Shown one piece after another: positions 59,649 through 64,000 of a stretch of DNA of 64,000 nt; position 1 is the stretch's first letter; each line of letters opens with the position of its first letter. This DNA is from an uncultured delta proteobacterium (GTDB lineage: Bacteria; Myxococcota; Myxococcia; Myxococcales; Myxococcaceae). The stretch lies in the NCBI GenBank assembly GCA_963776345.1, contig CAVZMH010000007.1:32001-96000 (forward strand). The letters are read 5' to 3'. Below the pieces are notes generated by a model. The model worked only from the letters and a program-made list of their open reading frames with translations, was not told where the DNA came from and made no database searches. The position numbers were made by a program, and so were the translations under genes.

Positions 59649-61058
59649 GTGTCGCTGAGACCGAGCGAGCTGAGAGACGTGGCCGGTGCGCTGGAGCCCG
59701 AGCTGGCCGGCGCGGTGGTGCAGAAGGTCCGCGCCCCCTGGCCCGAGCAGCTGGAGCTGGAGCTGCGGCAGCCTGGGCGCACGGTGCGCTTGCTCCTGAG
59801 CGTCGAGCCGGGACTGGAAAGGCTCTCGGTGGTCGATGCACGGACGCTCCCCTCGGCCGGCGGCGGGCCCTCCCCCTGGCTGCTGCGAGTCCGGAAGGAG
59901 CTGACCGGTCGCCGGCTCTCGTCCATCCGCCGCACCGGGCCCAGGGAGGTTCGCCTGGGATTCGAGAGGGGCGGCACGCTCTGCTCGGTGGTGGCCGAGC
60001 TGGGCCCGCCCGGCGTGCTGCTCCTCCTGGGTGACGCCGACGCGCCGCTCGCCGCGTCTCATGGACCGGCGAGGGCGGCCCGCCCGGCGACGGAGGGCGC
60101 GGGCGACGAGGGCCCGCCGTCGCGGCTCGGCGAGGCGCGAGGGCTCGAGGCCGGCCGTGCCGCCGAGGCGCTGGTCGGCGCGCGAGCCTCGGTGGTCCGC
60201 CGGGAGGCGCTGAAGCGGGCGCGCATCCATCCGCTCCACGCCGCGCTCCAGCGCCTGCGCCGGACGCGGGCCAAGGTCGAGGCCGAGGCGAACCGGGATG
60301 CGGCCGCCGAGGAGCACCGTCGCTGGGGTGAGCTCCTCTCCCGCGCTCTGGACTCGGTGGCCCGCGGCGCGAGCTCGGTGCGGCTGACCGAGTGGACCGC
60401 GGCGGGCCCACGCGAGGTGGAGGTTCCGCTCGAGCCCACGCTCGCCCCGCGCGCCCAGGTGGAGCGCCACTTCCACCAGTACCGGCGTCTGCTGCGCGGG
60501 AGCGCGCTGGCCCGGGGGCGGCTCGTCATCCTGGATCGGGAGATCGCCGCCGCCGAGCGTGCCCTGTCCGAGGCCGAGGCGAGCACCGCGAGCGAGGCGG
60601 CGATGCCGGTCGTCCCGGTCCCGGCCGCGCGGCCGCGGAAGCGCGCGGCGCCCGCCCACCGTCCGTACCGCGTCTTCCGCAGCGCCGACGGGCATCTGCT
60701 CTGGGTCGGCCGGGCCGGCGAGGACAACGCGGCGCTGACCTTCCGGGTGGCCCGTCCGCACCACCTCTGGATGCACGCCCGCGGCGTGCCCGGGGCGCAC
60801 GTGGTGGTGCCGCTGGAGAAGGGCGAGGAGGTCCCGCCGGAGTCGGTGCTCGACGCCGCGCACCTCGCGCTGCACTTCTCCAGGGCCGCGGGCGAGCCGC
60901 GGGGCGAGGTGGCGTGGACGCGAGCCCGGCTCGTCCGGCGGGTGAAGGGCGGCGCGCCCGGGCAGGTGACGTACACCGGGGAGAAGGTGCTCGCCATCCG
61001 GGTGGAGCCGGGGCGGCTCGAGCGTCTGCTCCGCTCGCGCGAGGACTCCGGCAGCTAA
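59649..61058 (+). CDS. NFACT-family (RqcH/FbpA-like) protein
   Basis: NFACT-N-like start (GAVVQKV, LRVRKEL.G), coiled-coil middle, NFACT-R motifs VGR..EDN..LT and WMHARGVPGAHV. Confidence 0.85.
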   Translation: MSLRPSELRDVAGALEPELAGAVVQKVRAPWPEQLELELRQPGRTVRLLLSVEPGLERLSVVDARTLPSAGGGPSPWLLRVRKELTGRRLSSIRRTGPREVRLGFERGGTLCSVVAELGPPGVLLLLGDADAPLAASHGPARAARPATEGAGDEGPPSRLGEARGLEAGRAAEALVGARASVVRREALKRARIHPLHAALQRLRRTRAKVEAEANRDAAAEEHRRWGELLSRALDSVARGASSVRLTEWTAAGPREVEVPLEPTLAPRAQVERHFHQYRRLLRGSALARGRLVILDREIAAAERALSEAEASTASEAAMPVVPVPAARPRKRAAPAHRPYRVFRSADGHLLWVGRAGEDNAALTFRVARPHHLWMHARGVPGAHVVVPLEKGEEVPPESVLDAAHLALHFSRAAGEPRGEVAWTRARLVRRVKGGAPGQVTYTGEKVLAIRVEPGRLERLLRSREDSGS

Positions 61059-61059
61059 C

Positions 61060-62199
61060 TTAGCGGGTCGAGGGGGGCTCGCCGAGGACCGGCGCGCGCG
61101 GCGGCGCCGGGTCCCGGCCCTCGACCGTGGTCCGGGTGTCGGGAGGCGTGGCGAGAAGCCCTGCCGCGGCGGCCTCGGCGGCGGCGCGCTCGCGACGCCC
61201 GGCCAGCAGCTCCCGGGCGAGGATCTGCGCCAGCGCCACCGCCGGTACGGCGACCACCGCGCCGGCGACGCCCAGGAGCTCCGCCAGGAAGAGGATGCCG
61301 AGCAGGGCCACCAGCGGATCGAGGTGCACCGTGCGGCGGAAGACGAAGGGGCCGAGCACGTTCCCCTCCAGCTGCCCGTAGAGGAGGAAGTAGCCGAGGG
61401 TGATCAGCGCCTTGATCGCCCCTCCGGTGATGAGCGTCACCAGGGTGATGAAGCCGCCGGTGAGGATCGGCCCGGCGTACGGCACCAGGCTGGAGAGGCC
61501 GCTCAGCAGCCCGAGCGGTAGGAAGTACGGGGTCCGGATCAGCGCCAGGACGGTGGTGGTCAGCGTGGCGTTCACCGAGCAGATGAAGAGCACCCCGCCC
61601 AGGTAGCCGCCCACCGCGCGGTACGACTTGGCGAGCACGCTCTCCCACCGCGGGCGGTCCGCCGCAGGGACCAGCACCAGCAGCCGCTGCACCAGCCCAC
61701 CGCCGAACACCAGCATGAAGACGGTGAGGGCGAGCACGGTGAGGAAGCCGGCGACGGCGCTGAGGGCGGAGGTGACGGCGGTGAGGATGGGGTTCACCGC
61801 GGTCTGCGCCAGGCCGAACGCTCCGGACAGCGCGTCCTTCAGCCGCTCCTCGAGCTCGAAGCGTTCGTTGAGGCTCCGGAAGCGAGGAGACTGCCGGAGG
61901 TCGCCGAGGATGCGCGGCATCGAGGCGATGAAGTCCCTCAGCTGGTGAACGGCCGCCGGGACGACGAGCAGGAACAGCCCGGTGAGGAGCAGCACCACCG
62001 CCAGGGTGGTGAGGGCGATCGCCCATCCGCGGCGGACTCCCCGTGCCTCCAGGCGCCGCACCACGTGGTCCAGCGCGATCGCCAGCATCATCGCCCCGGC
62101 GGTCAGGGTGAGCGCGAGCCGGGTCTGGAGGACGAACAGGACCAGCGCCGCCGTGGCCAACACCGCGAAGCAGACGGTGAAGGCGGTCCTCAGCGTCAC
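61060..62199 (-). CDS. AI-2E family transporter
   Basis: Multiple TMs; motifs VPYAGP, QLEGNVLGP, GAVVAVP. Start approximate. Confidence 0.88.
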   Translation of the reverse strand: MTLRTAFTVCFAVLATAALVLFVLQTRLALTLTAGAMMLAIALDHVVRRLEARGVRRGWAIALTTLAVVLLLTGLFLLVVPAAVHQLRDFIASMPRILGDLRQSPRFRSLNERFELEERLKDALSGAFGLAQTAVNPILTAVTSALSAVAGFLTVLALTVFMLVFGGGLVQRLLVLVPAADRPRWESVLAKSYRAVGGYLGGVLFICSVNATLTTTVLALIRTPYFLPLGLLSGLSSLVPYAGPILTGGFITLVTLITGGAIKALITLGYFLLYGQLEGNVLGPFVFRRTVHLDPLVALLGILFLAELLGVAGAVVAVPAVALAQILARELLAGRRERAAAEAAAAGLLATPPDTRTTVEGRDPAPPRAPVLGEPPSTR

Positions 62200-62266
62200 C
62201 TGGGAAGGGGTAGATGGAGGCGGCAAGCGATCGAGCTCCGGGAGAGGCGCTAACCTTGCTCCTGCG

Positions 62267-62914
62267 ATGACCGATGGCAAGGACCGCTCTCCCTGTGCAC
62301 GCTGCGCCGAGGCGCTCGGTCGCTCGTGCTGCCAGCCCGGGCCCGGCGAACGGCTCGCCACCCTGACCGCGAGCGATGTCGAGCGGATCCAGTGGGCCAC
62401 CGGATGGCGGCGCGAGCGTTTCGTGGAGCACGAGCCGCTCACCCCGGAGGAGGCCGTGGCGTACGAGGCGCGCCGCCCGGGCTACCGCGAGTACTTCCGG
62501 AGCACCGCGGTGCGCTGGGGGCTGCGGGCGGAGCGCGGAGCCTGCGTGCTCCTCGGCCCGCAGGGGTGCTCGCTCGACGCCGCGGCCCGGCCCACCGCCT
62601 GCCTGCTCTACCCGTTCGAGCCCGCCGCGCACGGCTGGACGCTCGCCGTCGAGCGCTCCGGATCTCCGCAGCTCGCGGCCACGAGCGGCGAGCCGCGCTG
62701 CCTCGCCGCCGAGGAGGCCGGGAGCAAGGGAGAGCTCCGGCGCAGCTTCGGGCTCGCGGTCGAGGACTTGACGGCGCTGATCGATCGCTTGCGGGCCGAG
62801 GTGAAGGCCCACCCGGAAGCGGTGGACTCCGTCAAGCGGCGGGGACCTCGCTCCGTCGCCCGGACGGCGCCGGGAGATCGCCCCGCTCGCGTTCGCCGGG
62901 CGAGGCTGCGGTAG
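62267..62914 (+). CDS. YkgJ-family Cys-cluster (zinc/iron-chelating) protein
   Basis: Motifs CARC...CC, CVLL..GC, RPTACLLYPF. Confidence 0.8.
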   Translation: MTDGKDRSPCARCAEALGRSCCQPGPGERLATLTASDVERIQWATGWRRERFVEHEPLTPEEAVAYEARRPGYREYFRSTAVRWGLRAERGACVLLGPQGCSLDAAARPTACLLYPFEPAAHGWTLAVERSGSPQLAATSGEPRCLAAEEAGSKGELRRSFGLAVEDLTALIDRLRAEVKAHPEAVDSVKRRGPRSVARTAPGDRPARVRRARLR

Positions 62915-62933
62915 AGTGCGTTCGGCCAGTCCC

Positions 62934-63689
62934 GTGAGCGATTCGTCTCCCCGCCAGCTCCTCCTCTTCGACTCCCACCCGCGTGCCCGTGCCCGCGTCC
63001 CGGTCCGCGAGGTCGCGGTCGACAAGGCCGCCTCGCTGGCGCAGCACCTCGCCCGTGACCTGGGAATGCCGGTGCGCCTCTCGGTCACCGACAACCGGAG
63101 CACGATGATCAGCTTCCGGCGTGCGTCCTCCGCGCTCCGGCTGCGGCTCCACCACATGTTCCTCGATGCGCCCGGGCCGGTGCTTCAGGCGGTCGCCGAC
63201 TACGCCGGGCGCGGCAGGCCCCAGGCCGGCCGGGTGCTGGACGAGTTCATCAAGCGCGAGCAGCCGCGAATCCGGCAGGAGCGCGACGCCTCGGACGAGC
63301 GCTTCTCTCCCGAGGGCCGCTTCTTCCACCTCGAGCAGATCCGCGACGCGCTGAACGAGCGCTTCTTCCAGGACGGGGTGCGGGCCAGCATCGGCTGGGG
63401 CCGCGTGCCCGGGCGCAGGCGGCGGAAGTCGATCCGTCTCGGCGTCTACGACCACCAGACGCGGGAGATCCGGGTCCACCCGGCGCTGGACCACCCCGCG
63501 GTGCCGCGCTTCTTCGTGGAGTTCATCGTCTTCCACGAGATGTTGCACCAGCTCTTCCCCAGCTCGAACGGGCCGGGGCGTCGCGTGCACCACCCGAGGG
63601 CGTTCCGCGATCGCGAGCGCGCCTTCCCGCTGTTCGAAGCGGCCATCGCCTGGGAGCGCGAGAACCTCCGCGCCCTTCTCCAGCGCTGA
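62934..63689 (+). CDS. SprT/YgjP-like zinc metallopeptidase domain protein
   Basis: Motifs LNERFF, LGVYD, HEMLH, HPRAF. Confidence 0.75.
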   Translation: MSDSSPRQLLLFDSHPRARARVPVREVAVDKAASLAQHLARDLGMPVRLSVTDNRSTMISFRRASSALRLRLHHMFLDAPGPVLQAVADYAGRGRPQAGRVLDEFIKREQPRIRQERDASDERFSPEGRFFHLEQIRDALNERFFQDGVRASIGWGRVPGRRRRKSIRLGVYDHQTREIRVHPALDHPAVPRFFVEFIVFHEMLHQLFPSSNGPGRRVHHPRAFRDRERAFPLFEAAIAWERENLRALLQR

Positions 63690-63696
63690 GCACACC

Positions 63697-64000
63697 ATGA
63701 GACGCGCGAAGATCGTCTGCACCCTCGGTCCGGCTTCCCTGAAGCCCGAGGTCCTCGAGGAGCTACTCAACGCGGGCATGGACGTGGCCCGGCTGAACTT
63801 CAGCCACGGGAGCCACGCCCAGCATGCGCAGACGCTGTCCTTGCTCAAGGCGGCATCGCTCAAGGTGCGCAAGGCGGTGGGCGTCCTGGGAGACCTCCAG
63901 GGCCCGAAGATCCGCACCGGCAAGCTGGTCGAGGGCAAGGTGGACCTGGTCCCGGGGGCCGAGTTCTCGATCACCACCGACGAGTCGGTCCCGGGGACCG
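63697..64000 (+). CDS. pyk: Pyruvate kinase (5' part; runs off the window)
   Basis: MRRAKIVCTLGPAS...GMDVARLNFSHG...DLQGPKIRTG. Confidence 0.95.
   Translation, partial: MRRAKIVCTLGPASLKPEVLEELLNAGMDVARLNFSHGSHAQHAQTLSLLKAASLKVRKAVGVLGDLQGPKIRTGKLVEGKVDLVPGAEFSITTDESVPGT

Noticed and set aside
59452..59658. 68-aa acidic ORF (GRKEEDREEE repeats)
   Set aside because: Alternative frame of the Lys-rich small gene. It has no RBS and runs through the terminator, whereas the 59483 frame has a well-spaced GGAGGG.

Overview
A very GC-rich, gene-dense chromosomal window. Gene content suggests a myxobacterium (Myxococcota): two eukaryote-like Ser/Thr kinases, a giant TPR-like protein and Cys-rich lipoproteins. 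This taxonomic call is inference. Most of the roughly 55 genes are housekeeping or accessory: astA, argC/argB, queC/queF, dusB, pfkA, pyk, an isocitrate dehydrogenase-family enzyme, ada, rtcB, ygfZ-like, SUI1/yciH, NFACT/RqcH-like, an ECF sigma with NrsF-type anti-sigma, VKOR-DsbA, a GH1 and an ABC exporter. I saw no tRNA, rRNA, CRISPR array, transposase, integrase or reverse transcriptase. The most notable signals are non-coding or below the ORF cutoff. (1) A dispersed element in two copies (1038-1155, 28417-28559) has conserved inverted arms around a variable spacer with a roughly central IHF-like site; one copy follows an osmC-like/rtcB pair. (2) An unannotated 27-aa Lys/Arg-rich histone-like gene has its own promoter, RBS and terminator. 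(3) Many genes have a TAnnnT -10 box 6-12 nt before a start codon lacking a Shine-Dalgarno sequence, suggesting leaderless transcription. (4) A Fur-box-like palindrome sits in the promoter of a putative outer-membrane protein. (5) A TetR-like remnant is bounded by 22-bp direct repeats. Single-base insertions in two genes suggest some assembly indel error. All family calls come from motif recognition by eye, not from database searches.
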